Assembly (NCBI GenBank): GCA_934149275.1
Contig: CAKPEG010000007.1
Location: 24 to 64,023, forward strand
Source of the DNA: an uncultured Clostridia bacterium
GTDB lineage: Bacteria; Bacillota; Clostridia; TANB77; CAG-508
DNA: 64,000 nt
Reading direction: 5' to 3'
The notes under the pieces were generated by a model, which did not search any database, was not told where the DNA came from, and saw only the letters and a list, made by a program, of their open reading frames with translations. Position 1 is the first letter of the stretch, and every line of letters starts with the position of its first letter. Position numbers and translations under genes: made by a program. Shown in pieces: positions 10,027 to 20,200 of this stretch.

Positions 10027-10043
10027 AAATTTTATAAAAAGTA

Positions 10044-10072
10044 TTGACAAAGAATAAAATAGCAAGTATAAT
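10044..10072 (+). promoter_or_regulatory. Consensus sigma-A promoter of the tRNA gene
   Basis: TTGACA (10044-10049), 17-nt spacer, TATAAT (10067-10072), 12 nt before the tRNA 5' end. Confidence 0.7.
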
Positions 10073-10084
10073 ATTAACTGTTAT

Positions 10085-10161
10085 GGCGAGGTAGCTCAGT
10101 TGGCTAGAGCAACTGGTTCATACCCAGTAGGTCGAGAGTTCGAATCTCCCTCTCGCTACCA
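10085..10161 (+). tRNA. tRNA-Met (CAT), elongator type, CCA encoded
   Basis: Cloverleaf folded by hand: acceptor GGCGAGG/TCTCGCT (two G-U pairs), D arm GCTC-AGTTGGCTA-GAGC, anticodon arm ACTGG-TTCATAC-CCAGT (CAT at 10119-10121), T arm GAGAG-TTCGAAT-CTCCC, 3' ACCA. It lacks the initiator features (3 G-C pairs in the anticodon stem). The loop TTCATAC resembles elongator Met rather than Ile2. Confidence 0.85.
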
Positions 10162-10162
10162 A

Positions 10163-10192
10163 AACTTCCAATTTATCGGAAGTTCTTTTTTT
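10163..10192 (+). terminator. Rho-independent terminator after tRNA-Met
   Basis: AACTTCC / GGAAGTT stem followed by CT7. Confidence 0.75.
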
Positions 10193-10270
10193 GCAAATTA
10201 TTAAATAAAAAAGAATTAGATTTTGTACTAAACTTAAAAAGTATAAATCTAATTCTCTTTTTTTATAAAA

Positions 10271-10298
10271 GAAAAAATCCCCAAGCCAAGCTTGGGGA
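10271..10298 (-). terminator. Rho-independent terminator after rpmA
   Basis: TCCCCAAGC / GCTTGGGGA 9-bp stem. An A-run on the + strand gives the U-tract on the - strand. Confidence 0.8.
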
Positions 10299-10319
10299 TA
10301 ATTATGTATTTATTATTAA

Positions 10320-10589
10320 TTATTTTGCAGATTCATCTACTGGGTAAACACTAACTTGTTTTTTGTCTTTACCTAATTTTTCGAATTTAACTGTTCCATC
10401 TGCTAATGCAAATAATGTATCATCACTACCCTTTCCAACGTTCATACCTGGATGGATGTGAGTACCTCTTTGTCTAACTAATATATTTCCTGCAAGAACG
10501 AATTGTCCATCAGCTCTTTTAACACCAAGTCTCTTTGACTCACTGTCTCTACCGTTCTTAACACTACCTTGACCTTTTTTATGTGCCAC
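10320..10589 (-). CDS. rpmA: 50S ribosomal protein L27 (no N-terminal propeptide)
   Basis: [43 protein letters not shown]... is full-length L27 that starts directly at the mature AHKKG motif. Confidence 0.97.
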   Translation of the reverse strand: MAHKKGQGSVKNGRDSESKRLGVKRADGQFVLAGNILVRQRGTHIHPGMNVGKGSDDTLFALADGTVKFEKLGKDKKQVSVYPVDESAK

Positions 10590-10649
10590 TTAAATTCACT
10601 CCCTTCACATAAAGATTTTTATATGTTACACACTTTAATATAATCAAAA

Positions 10650-11000
10650 TTATTTTGCTGCTTCAGCTGTAGCTTCTTTTTTAGCAGCTGGTAACTTAAT
10701 ATTTGTAATTTCTACTTTTGTATATGGTTGTCTATGACCTTGAGTTCTTCTATAATTCTTTTTAGCCTTATATTTGAAAACAAGTATCTTTTTACCTTTA
10801 CCATGAGAAACTACTTTTCCTTCAACTTTAATACCTTTAACATAAGGATTTCCAACTTGTACTTTTTTGTCATCAGATACAAGAATAACTTTATCGAAAG
10901 TAACTTTTTTACCTTCTTCAGCATCTAATTTTTCGAAAAATACAACATCTCCTTCTGTTACTTTGTATTGTTTTCCACATGCTTCAATAATTGCGTACAT
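10650..11000 (-). CDS. rplU: 50S ribosomal protein L21
   Basis: [25 protein letters not shown]... is typical L21, located upstream of rpmA. Confidence 0.96.
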   Translation of the reverse strand: MYAIIEACGKQYKVTEGDVVFFEKLDAEEGKKVTFDKVILVSDDKKVQVGNPYVKGIKVEGKVVSHGKGKKILVFKYKAKKNYRRTQGHRQPYTKVEITNIKLPAAKKEATAEAAK

Positions 11001-11133
11001 TTAAGTACACCTCCCTTTTTCGTATACTCGCTAATCCTTACATATAGGTAGTTAGAATAAATCTAACATTTATGGAACCTTAATTAAGCGGATTACAGTT
11101 ACATATTTTAACATAGGGTGTACGATTTGTCAA
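11001..11133 (-). promoter_or_regulatory. rplU promoter plus about 100-nt 5' leader (candidate L21 ribosomal-protein leader)
   Basis: On the minus strand: TTGACA (11128-11133), 17-nt spacer, TAAAAT (11105-11110). A long untranslated leader then precedes GGGAGGTG-ATG. An L21 leader RNA is known in low-GC Gram-positives, but I could not verify the fold. Confidence 0.4.
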
Positions 11134-11258
11134 CAAAAATAAAGAAATATGTGGATTTCTAGAAGAAAAATCTTATAATTGACATTAAAATTTATTTGAT
11201 ATATTATTCTTAATATGTAGAAATCTACAAAAAATCAAAAGAAAAGGAGAAGGTTATT

Positions 11259-12071
11259 TTGGAGAATAAAACAACGTATATTATTATTGGAATTGTTGCT
11301 GTTATTGCATTCGTTATAATTGCAGGAGTAATAATATCTGATGATGGGAAAGAAAAAAATACAAGTAACACAAGTAATTCAAACAACAATAGTGTAACTA
11401 ACAGTACTTCAAATAGTACAGCTAATACAACTGATGAGGATTCTTTCGATTATGAAGCTGCAGCAGAAGAGCAAATGGCGGAGCCAAAAGCAGGCGAAAC
11501 TATTGCAGTAATGCATGTAAAAAATTATGGTGATATAACATTTAAATTTTTCGAAGATAAAGCACCAAAAGCTGTTGAGAATTTCTTAACACATGCAAAA
11601 GAAGGATATTACAATGGTGTTAAATTTCATAGAGTAATGGAAGATTTTATGATTCAAGGTGGTGATCCAAAAGGCGATGGAACTGGAGGAGAAAGCATAT
11701 GGGGAAAAGGTTTTGAAGAAGAAATTGATCAAAGCTTAGTTCCATATAGAGGAGCACTTTGTATGGCAAGTGCTGGAACAGGTACATCAACATTAGGAAG
11801 CCAATTCTTTATTGTGCAAGCAAACGCAGACGAAACACAAGCTAAAAGCTTAAAGTCATATGGATATCCAGAAGGGTTAATTAATGCATATTCAAAATAT
11901 GGTGGATACTTAAGTTTGTATAAGAGCTATACAGTTTTCGGACAAGTTGTATCTGGAATGGATGTAGTTGATAAAATTGCTAAAGTAGAAAAAACTCAAT
12001 CTAGCTCAGGAGAACTATCAGTACCAGTTGAAGATATAATAATTGAATCAATAGACGTAAAAACAAAATAG
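11259..12071 (+). CDS. Membrane-anchored cyclophilin-type peptidyl-prolyl isomerase
   Basis: N-terminal TM helix, S/N/T-rich linker, then FHRVMEDFMIQGGDP...GTGGESIWG cyclophilin core. TTG start after AAAGGAGAAGG. Confidence 0.9.
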   Translation: MENKTTYIIIGIVAVIAFVIIAGVIISDDGKEKNTSNTSNSNNNSVTNSTSNSTANTTDEDSFDYEAAAEEQMAEPKAGETIAVMHVKNYGDITFKFFEDKAPKAVENFLTHAKEGYYNGVKFHRVMEDFMIQGGDPKGDGTGGESIWGKGFEEEIDQSLVPYRGALCMASAGTGTSTLGSQFFIVQANADETQAKSLKSYGYPEGLINAYSKYGGYLSLYKSYTVFGQVVSGMDVVDKIAKVEKTQSSSGELSVPVEDIIIESIDVKTK

Positions 12072-12084
12072 AATATAAGAAGAA

Positions 12085-12116
12085 AACATCGTTTATTTAA
12101 TAAGCGATGTTTTTTA
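12085..12116 (+). terminator. Rho-independent terminator after the PPIase gene
   Basis: AACATCGTTTA / TAAGCGATGTT stem followed by T6. Confidence 0.75.
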
Positions 12117-12192
12117 TAATAATGCACAGAATTTGCAAAGCAAATTTAGCTCGCGAACAAAGACGTAGACTAAAAAATGTTATAAATAGTCC
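12113..12192 (+). repeat. Intergenic repeat family C, copy C2
   Basis: Core GCACAGAATTTGCAAAGCAAATTTAGCTCGCGAACAAA (12124-12161). The tail AAATGTTATAAATAGTCC (12175-12192) is identical to the reverse complement of 51643-51660. Confidence 0.75.
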
Positions 12193-12425
12193 CCTTTTGA
12201 CCTATTTATAAAAAAATACTTTTATAAAGTTTTGTGTGTCAATAAAAGCACAAACTTAAAAAATTATAAAATAAATACATATACTAAAATGTCGGCTTTT
12301 GTCCAGCATAGAGAAAAAAATTTAAAATCACTTGCATAATTCCAAAAATTGTGTTAAAATAATCAACGTTAACCTTACTCGCAATAAAAATATGCGGGTT
12401 ATAGATCCAGAAGGAGGTGGAAATA

Positions 12426-12713
12426 ATGAATAAATATGAAAGCGTTATCATTATTAATCCAAGTTTAGATGAACAAGGAATTAAAGATGTAATAACAAAA
12501 TTTACAGATTTAATAAACAATAATAATGGAAAAGTTGAAAACGTAGATGAAATGGGAAAAAGAAAATTAGCTTATGAAATCAAAAAACAATCAGAAGGAT
12601 ATTATGTTGTATATACTTTCGAAGCTAACCCAGAATTCATAAAAGAATTAGAAAGAATCTACAGAATCACAGATAGTATAATGAAATTTATCACAATAAG
12701 AAAAGAAGATTAA
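12426..12713 (+). CDS. rpsF: 30S ribosomal protein S6
   Basis: MNKYESVIIINPSLDEQG... is typical S6. ATG 12426 follows GAAGGAGGTG. rpsF-ssb-rpsR operon order. Confidence 0.96.
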   Translation: MNKYESVIIINPSLDEQGIKDVITKFTDLINNNNGKVENVDEMGKRKLAYEIKKQSEGYYVVYTFEANPEFIKELERIYRITDSIMKFITIRKED

Positions 12714-12750
12714 TCGTATATAAAATACCTTTAATTAGGAAGGTGGAAAA

Positions 12751-13167
12751 ATGAACAAAGTAGTTTTAATGGGAAGATTAACAAGAGACCCAGAAACAAG
12801 ATATACACAAACAAACAATACTCTAGTAGCATCATTCACATTAGCTGTAAATAGAAGATTTGCAAGACAAGGTGAAGAGAGACAAGCTGATTTTATACCA
12901 GTAGTTGCTTGGAGTAAAACAGGTGAATTCTGCAGTAAATATTTCAAAAAAGGTCAACAGGTTGGAATTATAGGTAGAATTCAAACAAGAAATTGGGATG
13001 ATGATCAAGGACAAAAACACTATGTTACAGAGGTAATAGCTGAAGAAGCTTACTTTGCAGATAGTAGAAGAGATGGAGCTGGAGATAGCTTTGAAAATAC
13101 TTTCGGAACAGCAGTTTCTGGAAGCCAAGAATTCCAAGTTTCATCAGATGATGATTTACCATTCTAG
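12751..13167 (+). CDS. ssb: Single-stranded DNA-binding protein
   Basis: OB-fold MNKVVLMGRLTRDPETRYT...; acidic tail ending DDDLPF. Confidence 0.96.
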   Translation: MNKVVLMGRLTRDPETRYTQTNNTLVASFTLAVNRRFARQGEERQADFIPVVAWSKTGEFCSKYFKKGQQVGIIGRIQTRNWDDDQGQKHYVTEVIAEEAYFADSRRDGAGDSFENTFGTAVSGSQEFQVSSDDDLPF

Positions 13168-13197
13168 TAAATTTTGAGAAGATTGGGGGTTTTAGAA

Positions 13198-13479
13198 ATG
13201 GCAGACAAGAAGAATAGAAGAAACAACAATAGAAATAACATGGATGATGATTTCAATCCAAAATTCAGAAAAGCGAGAAAAAAAGTTTGCGTACTTTGCA
13301 GTGACAAAAACTTTGAATTAGATTATAAAAATGCTGATCAATTAAAGAAATTCATCAACGATAAAGGTAAGATATTACCAAGAAGAGCAACTGGAGCTTG
13401 CGCTAAACATCAAAGAGAAATTACTCTAGCTGTTAAGAGAGCAAGACATATTGCTATATTACCATATACACAAGACTAA
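13198..13479 (+). CDS. rpsR: 30S ribosomal protein S18 (N/R-rich N-terminal extension)
   Basis: [10 protein letters not shown]...[52 protein letters not shown] 13198 follows GGGGG. Confidence 0.95.
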   Translation: MADKKNRRNNNRNNMDDDFNPKFRKARKKVCVLCSDKNFELDYKNADQLKKFINDKGKILPRRATGACAKHQREITLAVKRARHIAILPYTQD

Positions 13480-13488
13480 TAAAAAACT

Positions 13489-13519
13489 AACCGGAGATTA
13501 TAAAATCTCCGGTTTTTTG
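13489..13519 (+). terminator. Rho-independent terminator after rpsR
   Basis: AACCGGAGATT / AATCTCCGGTT stem followed by T6. Confidence 0.85.
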
Positions 13520-13550
13520 TATATATGAAAGAACGCAATAATAAGAAAAG

Positions 13551-13720
13551 AAAATACATATTAAATTTTTGTATCACCGCGCAGCAATCAAATGAACGAA
13601 ACTCATGTGAAGTGACTGCGACTGAAGCAATCTACACATAAAAAATGAGCCATTGTTATGAAAGAACAGAGGCTCATCGAGATTGCGCTAGCAAGGTGTG
13701 AAAAAATTAATATGTATTTT
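13551..13720 (+). repeat. Intergenic repeat family B, copy B2
   Basis: Ends AAAATACATATTAAATTTTTGTATCACCGCGCAG ... GCGCTAGCAAGGTGTGAAAAAATTAATATGTATTTT. The interior differs from B1 but is also self-complementary (ATGAGCC/GGCTCAT, GCAATC/GATTGC). Confidence 0.85.
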
Positions 13721-13733
13721 TTATTGTGTTATG

Positions 13734-16007
13734 TTATTGAGCTCCACCAACCATTTCATCTTTTAATGTAACAGTAACAACAGTACCTTCTTCAACTTCC
13801 TGACCAGCTAAAATATCTTGAGAAATAACTTTACCAGAACCATCTATAGAAATATTTAAATTCAATGCCTTTAAAGAATTTTTAGCCTGCTCAGCAGTTT
13901 TTCCTTTTAAATCAGGAACTTTCTTCATAGTTTTTTCAGCACCATCAGTATATAGACATACAGTAGAACCAGATTGTAAAGAAATACCTGACTTAGGAAA
14001 TTGTGATGTAACTATTGTAGAAGCTTCAGATGAAGTTCTTAAAACAACATTAAATCCAGCAGCTTGAAGAATACTTTTTGCTTCTGTCAATGTTTTAGAA
14101 GTTACATCAGGCAATGTAGTTGACTCATCAGATTCTGTAACAGTTACTGATGAAGTAATTCCTAAATGAGGTAATACTTCTGAAAGAATTTGAGAAGCAA
14201 CAGGTGCACAAACTGTACCACCTTGATGGCTACCTCTACCATCACTATTTGGATTATTTAATACTACCAAAACAATAACTTCAGGATTTTCAACAGGGGA
14301 TATTGCGATGAAAGAAGCAACATAACCTTGTTCTTTTTTATCATCAGGTGGTTCAGATGTACCACTTTTTCCACCAACTGAATATCCGTTAACTGCTGCA
14401 TATTTACCAGTACCTTTAGTAACAACTGATTCCATCATTGTTCTTATCTTAGCAGAAGTATCTTCTGAAATAACTTGTCTAACCTTTACAGGTGCAAGTT
14501 CTGTCTCAACACCTGTATCAGTATTTACAACTTTACTAACAATACGAGGTTGCATTAAGTTACCACCATTAACTGAAGCAGATACTGCTGTAATTAATTG
14601 CAAAGGTGTAATTGAGAAACGTTGCCCAAAAGACATTGTTGCAAGTTCAACTTCATGGCAATCATCAATATTATAAAAAATACTATTTGATTCTCCAGAC
14701 ATTCTAACACCTGTTTTGTCAAAGAAACCAAAGGCTTGTAAATATTTATAAAATCTTTGCTTACCAATACGTTGACCTAATTGCATGAAAGCAGGGTTAC
14801 ATGAATGTTGCAAAGCCTCTGTAAGAGTTTGATCACCATGAGCTGTTTTGGCCCAACAGTAAATATCTCTATCACCAACATGATAAACACGATCACAATG
14901 AAAATCTCCTTTTGTATCAGGTTGTACAAGATTCTCTTCAAGACCTATTGACGAAGTAATTATCTTAAAAGTAGAACCAGGTTCATACAAATCTGCAATA
15001 GGCTTATTACGCCACATATTGCTCAATGCTGCAGATTTTTCTTCTGTTGAAAGTGTATCCCATTTTGATTGTAATTCAGTTGTATTAGGTGTAAAAGGTG
15101 TATTCAAATTATATGTAGGATAACTTGCCTCAGCTAAAATATCGCCAGTAGAAGGTTTCATAATAATGACACATCCACCATCAGCTCTATTTTCTTTTAC
15201 AGCTTGATCTAAATATTTTTCTGCAATACGTTGAACTTCAACATCTAATGTTAAATATATATCACTACCATTTTGAGCTGGAATATATTGTTCGTTTTCA
15301 TCTGAAATTGCTTGATTATTAACATTTGTAGAAGTTACTATTCTGCCAGGAGTACCAGTAAGTTCAGTATCCCAAGCAGATTCTATACCTTCCAAACCTT
15401 TATCATTTCCATAAAAACCAATAACATTTGAAGCTAAGTTTTCGAATGGGTAATATCTTTTTGAATCTTCATCAATATTAATACCAGTAGTTATATTATT
15501 TTCATCAAGCCATGCATTTAAATTATCTATAATGGGCTTTTCAACTTTTTTGGCTATAGTGATAACAGCAGATTTTGAATTAAGTTTTTCTAAAGTTTCA
15601 TTATAATCAAGTGAAAACACCTGTGAAAAACCAGTAGCTAAAGTTTCATTTGGAACTTTGGTGCCATCTTTATAAGCTACTTCACCATTATTGATACTAA
15701 CAGTATCAACTGTTGAACTCATAGCCAAAGTTTTATTTGTGGCATCATAAATTGTTCCTCTTTTACTTGCAATTGTTTGACTTGTAGTTTGTTGATTATA
15801 AGCACTAGCTTTGTATGCAGGTCCTTTCACAAATTGAATGTAGCCAATTCGAATTAGCAGACCTAAAAAACAAGCAGTGAGAATAATAAGTAATGCAATA
15901 GAACGAGAATTAAAAACTTGTTTTTCTTTAAAAACAGTACCAATTCCTAATCTTTTATTAATTGAATTTTTTCCTATGTGAATCAGTCCTTTCAAAAAGA
16001 CAAGCAA
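13734..16007 (-). CDS. Class B penicillin-binding protein (SpoVD/PBP2B-like) with two C-terminal PASTA domains
   Basis: STFK (PGSTFKIITS), SxN (HSCNPAF) and KSG (GGKSGTSE) motifs; N-terminal TM anchor; two PASTA-like repeats (VTSKTLTEAKSIL..., DLKGKTAEQAKNSL...). The exact start is uncertain (TTG 16007 or downstream). Confidence 0.9.
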   Translation of the reverse strand: MLVFLKGLIHIGKNSINKRLGIGTVFKEKQVFNSRSIALLIILTACFLGLLIRIGYIQFVKGPAYKASAYNQQTTSQTIASKRGTIYDATNKTLAMSSTVDTVSINNGEVAYKDGTKVPNETLATGFSQVFSLDYNETLEKLNSKSAVITIAKKVEKPIIDNLNAWLDENNITTGINIDEDSKRYYPFENLASNVIGFYGNDKGLEGIESAWDTELTGTPGRIVTSTNVNNQAISDENEQYIPAQNGSDIYLTLDVEVQRIAEKYLDQAVKENRADGGCVIIMKPSTGDILAEASYPTYNLNTPFTPNTTELQSKWDTLSTEEKSAALSNMWRNKPIADLYEPGSTFKIITSSIGLEENLVQPDTKGDFHCDRVYHVGDRDIYCWAKTAHGDQTLTEALQHSCNPAFMQLGQRIGKQRFYKYLQAFGFFDKTGVRMSGESNSIFYNIDDCHEVELATMSFGQRFSITPLQLITAVSASVNGGNLMQPRIVSKVVNTDTGVETELAPVKVRQVISEDTSAKIRTMMESVVTKGTGKYAAVNGYSVGGKSGTSEPPDDKKEQGYVASFIAISPVENPEVIVLVVLNNPNSDGRGSHQGGTVCAPVASQILSEVLPHLGITSSVTVTESDESTTLPDVTSKTLTEAKSILQAAGFNVVLRTSSEASTIVTSQFPKSGISLQSGSTVCLYTDGAEKTMKKVPDLKGKTAEQAKNSLKALNLNISIDGSGKVISQDILAGQEVEEGTVVTVTLKDEMVGGAQ

Positions 16008-16155
16008 ATAAAAAATTTGTACATATAAAATTCTTATTTCCTTGCCCCTAATATATATGTATTTTATATTATAAAAAAATAAAAATCAATATAACACACT
16101 AATATTTGTAATGTATAAACTTTTGTGGTATATTAAAAAATAGGAGATAAAGTAT

Positions 16156-17010
16156 ATGAATTTATATGATGAAACAAGATTTATAATGAAACAAAATAAT
16201 ATAACTGCAAATAAGAAACTAGGTCAAAACTTTTTGGTCGATGAAAACGTAGTAGATTCAATAGTTGATGCAGCAGAAGTTACTAAAGAAGATTTAGTAA
16301 TTGAAATAGGTCCAGGTCTAGGAACACTAACAAAAAGATTGCTTGATAGAGCTGGAAAAGTAATTTGCATAGAACTTGATCACAAAATGATAAATATTTT
16401 AGAAAATAGATTTAAACTATATGACAACATTGAAATAATAAATGAAGATGTTCTTAAAATAGATTTAAATAAATTAATAGAACTAAATAAAAATGAAAAT
16501 ATTAAAAAAGCTAAAATAGTTGCAAATCTACCATACTACATAACAACTCCAATAATAATGAAATTGCTAGAAGAAAAATTAAATATTGAAAGTATAACAG
16601 TTATGATTCAAAAAGAAGTTGCACAAAGATTAGCTGCAAAGCCTGGTGAGAAAGAAGTTGGAAGTATAACATATACAATTTGGTATTACACAGAACCGAA
16701 GATTGTTTTAGAAGTGCCAAGAGATTCTTTTATACCAGAACCAGAAGTAACTTCAAGTGTTATTAATTTAAAAGTTTTAGATAAGCCAAGAATAGAGGTT
16801 GAAGATGAAAAAGTATTTTTTAAAGTTATAAAAGCAGCATTTATGCAAAAAAGAAAAACATTAATTAATGCTTTGGTAAACGGAAAAATATTCGAAAGTA
16901 AAGAAGAAGCAGAAAAATGTTTGAAAGAAAATGAAATTGATACAAAAATAAGAGGCGAAAAATTATCATTAGAACAATATAAAATGATAGCAGATTATTT
17001 GAAAAAATAG
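16156..17010 (+). CDS. rsmA: 16S rRNA (adenine1518/1519-N6)-dimethyltransferase
   Basis: KKLGQNFLVDENVVDSIV...EIGPGLGTLT SAM-binding motif. Confidence 0.95.
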   Translation: MNLYDETRFIMKQNNITANKKLGQNFLVDENVVDSIVDAAEVTKEDLVIEIGPGLGTLTKRLLDRAGKVICIELDHKMINILENRFKLYDNIEIINEDVLKIDLNKLIELNKNENIKKAKIVANLPYYITTPIIMKLLEEKLNIESITVMIQKEVAQRLAAKPGEKEVGSITYTIWYYTEPKIVLEVPRDSFIPEPEVTSSVINLKVLDKPRIEVEDEKVFFKVIKAAFMQKRKTLINALVNGKIFESKEEAEKCLKENEIDTKIRGEKLSLEQYKMIADYLKK

Positions 17011-17018
17011 TAAAAATT

Positions 17019-17053
17019 AGGCAAGTAAAAAACGTTACTTGCCTGATTTTTTT
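17019..17053 (+). terminator. Rho-independent terminator after rsmA
   Basis: AGGCAAGTAA / TTACTTGCCT stem followed by GAT7. Confidence 0.85.
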
Positions 17054-17102
17054 GCCTAAAACAAAAAGCTAAAAGCCGTTGATACGTAAGGAATTTTAAA
17101 AA

Positions 17103-17130
17103 TGTAATGCAATTATTAAAAAAATGTAAC
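17103..17130 (+). promoter_or_regulatory. Candidate OmpR/WalR-type response-regulator site: three hexamers in 11-bp phase
   Basis: TGTAAT-gcaat-TATTAA-aaaaa-TGTAAC, located 18 nt upstream of the putative -35. The outer hexamers fit the WalR half-site TGT(A/T)A(A/T/C). Confidence 0.4.
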
Positions 17131-17147
17131 ATTTTTGAAATAAACCA

Positions 17148-17177
17148 TTGAAAAAAGCCCTGTACCTGTTGTATAAT
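17148..17177 (+). promoter_or_regulatory. Putative promoter of the giant surface-protein operon
   Basis: TTGAAA (17148-17153), 18-nt spacer, TATAAT (17172-17177), about 65 nt before ATG 17242 (RBS TTAGGAGGA). Confidence 0.5.
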
Positions 17178-17241
17178 ATTATTGTGAGACTATCTATAAC
17201 TAGATGGTTTTAAAGAGAAAAAAACTTAGGAGGATGTTTAT

Positions 17242-20200
17242 ATGTTTAGAGAGAAAAAATATTGTAAGACAGTAATAGCAATACTTTTAGTGTTTTGCTT
17301 TACTTTTGCAAACTGCTTTACTTTATTTACAAACATAAGCTTAGCAGCAGAGGAAAGCTTAGGGAAACAAGCATCAGAGAGCATTAATGAAAATGTAGAA
17401 TATGATGCAAAACTTGCAAAAAACGAAGAAACAAATGGTTACGAATTAGAAGGAACTATTGATGAAGAAGATTTAGCAATTAATATGCAAGTCGAAATTA
17501 AAAATGAAGGATATCTAAAAAATGCAAAAATTTTAATCGAATCAGAGAATGGATTATCTTTCGAATTTGCTGAAGAAAAAAATGAAAAATATCAAATAGA
17601 AGGAAATCAAATTAGTTTATCAAACATAAGTGCAGGCGAAAAATTAGACATAAAGATTCCTATTAAGTATAAACAAAGAGATGATATAGAAAACTTAAAT
17701 AAAAAGATAAATGTTAAACTAATAGGTACATATGTAAAAAATAATGGAAAAGAATCTGGAATATCACAAAATGTAATTTTAAAATTAGTTTGGCATACTA
17801 ATACAGAATATAGTATAGTATCAGAATTAAAAAAATATATTCCATATAATAAAGGTATTATACTACAAACAAGTGTAACTTCTTTATTACCAGAGCAAAA
17901 TAATTTTGTTGAAAAAGAAGAATTACAAATAGATGCAATAAATTTAGACGGATATAAAATAGAAAAAATAATTGTTTCAAACAAGTCAGAAGAAGAACTA
18001 AAAGAAACTGAATGGAACTATAATAAAGAAGAAAATAAAATAAATATAAAAATACAAAATAGCAAAGAAGCATTAAAGTCAAACGAATACCTAATTACAT
18101 ATATTTTATCTGGAGATAAAAAAATTGAATTACCATTTAATTTGAATTCAAAAATTGATGGTACTATTTTCATGTTTGGAACAGATGAAAAGATTGAAAC
18201 AAAATTAGAAAAAGAATATGAAATAAAAGAAAGTTTAGGAAACATAGTTTCAATTGATAGTGAAACAGTTAAATCTGTAAAACTTGGAAATATTTTAAAT
18301 AATAGTTTAGCAGAAGAAAATACATATAAAACAAATTATGAAACAAAATTTGATATAGATGTTTCTTCAACAGAGATGTGTGAAAATGTATTGATTAAAT
18401 CAAATACACAAGAATTTGAAAATGAAGACAATACATTTGAAACAAACCAAATATTATTTAAACAAGTAAGAGTTTCAAAAGATAATTTTGAAAAAATGTT
18501 AGGACAAGATGGAATGGTTCAAATAATTGATGAGAATAATGAAGTTATTGCAACATTAAATAAAAATTCAAAATTAGATAATAATGCATACGTTGTTGAT
18601 ATTGATACAAATAATATTTGCATCAAAACATCTAAACCTCAAACAGAAGGAATATTATCAATTCAAACAGAAAAAGAAATTATCAAAACAGAATACTCAT
18701 ATGAACAAATAAAAACATTCTCAAATATAAATGAAAAATATACAGGAAGTATATTATATGATGAAAATGCAGAAAGCAAAGTTTCAGAAATGGAAAACAA
18801 AATTGAGTTAGAAAAACCTGAGACAAATGCTGAACTTACAATTTCAAGAAAAACATTAAGTACAATAGCTGATAATAATGATATTAAATTAGAAGTTAAA
18901 TTAAATAACTCAAGCGAAGAAAACGATTTATATAAAAACCCAAGATTCCAAATAACATTCCCAGAATATATAAATGAAGTTAATGTGAAAAATATTGCTA
19001 TTGCAAATTCAGAAGATGTATTCAAAATTGCAAATAATGAAATTGGAAAAGATGACAATGGAAGAATTGTATTAGATATAACATTAGAAGGATCTCAAAC
19101 AAAATATAATTCAAATACATTAAGCAATGGTACAAGTATTATAATAAATTGCAATATGAAATTAAATCTATATACACCAACAAGTAATTCTAAAATTGAA
19201 ATGAAATATTTAAATGAAAGTGCAAATAAATATAAAAATGAAATTAACAATATAGGATATGCAGAAACAGAAATTGAATTTAAAGCACCAGTTGGAGTTG
19301 TAAGCATAAATAGAATTTCAAATTATGAAAATACAGGAAAAACAATAACATCAGTTGACCAAGGAAAGGTTACAGATAAAATAGAAATCTTTGATGATGC
19401 CAAAGTAGCAACAATGGACATAATGGTTATGAACAATAATGAGAACGATTGCAATGATATCAAAATATTAGGAAGAATTCCTTTCAAAGGAAATAAAGAT
19501 GTAACAACAGGAAAAGACTTAGGAACAACTATTGATACTGAGTTAGTAAGTAGAATAAATGAGGATGCAAATAATAAATCAGGTGCAACAATTTACTATT
19601 CAGATAATGGAGAAGCTACAGAGAATTTAGATACTGTAGAAAACAATTGGACAGAAAATCCTGATGATTTAGAAAACGTAAAATCTTATTTAATAGTTTT
19701 AGATGGATATGAAATGAAACCAGGAGAAATTTTGAAATATACATATCAATATAAAATACCAGCCAATCTAGAACACAATGTAGATATTTATGGATCATTT
19801 AAGACTATATACAACAATTTAAATGAAGTAACTAACATAAAAGAAATATCAACAGCTGATGTAGTTGGATTAACAACAGGAACAGGACCTCAATTAGCTG
19901 TACAGACAATAGCAAACATTAAAAATTCAATAAAAGAATATGAGAAAGTAAAATATACAGTAACAATAGAAAATACTGGATCTGAAGTTGCTGAAAATAT
20001 AAAAATAGATACAAAAGTTCCAAAAGGAGCAACTGTAGCAACACATTCTAGTTATAATTCAGTTGAAACAACAAAAGGTTGGACATTAAAATCTGATAGA
20101 GAATTAGTAACAACAATAGAAAAATTAAATCCAGGAGATATTAAAAAGGTTGAATTTTTCGTACAAGCAAACAAATTACCAACAATAGAAGAATATTATG

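Noticed and set aside
12284-12520. 78-aa minus-strand ORF overlapping the rpsF promoter and start
   Set aside because: It is antisense to the rpsF 5' region and has no RBS. It is a hydrophobic AT-rich artefact.
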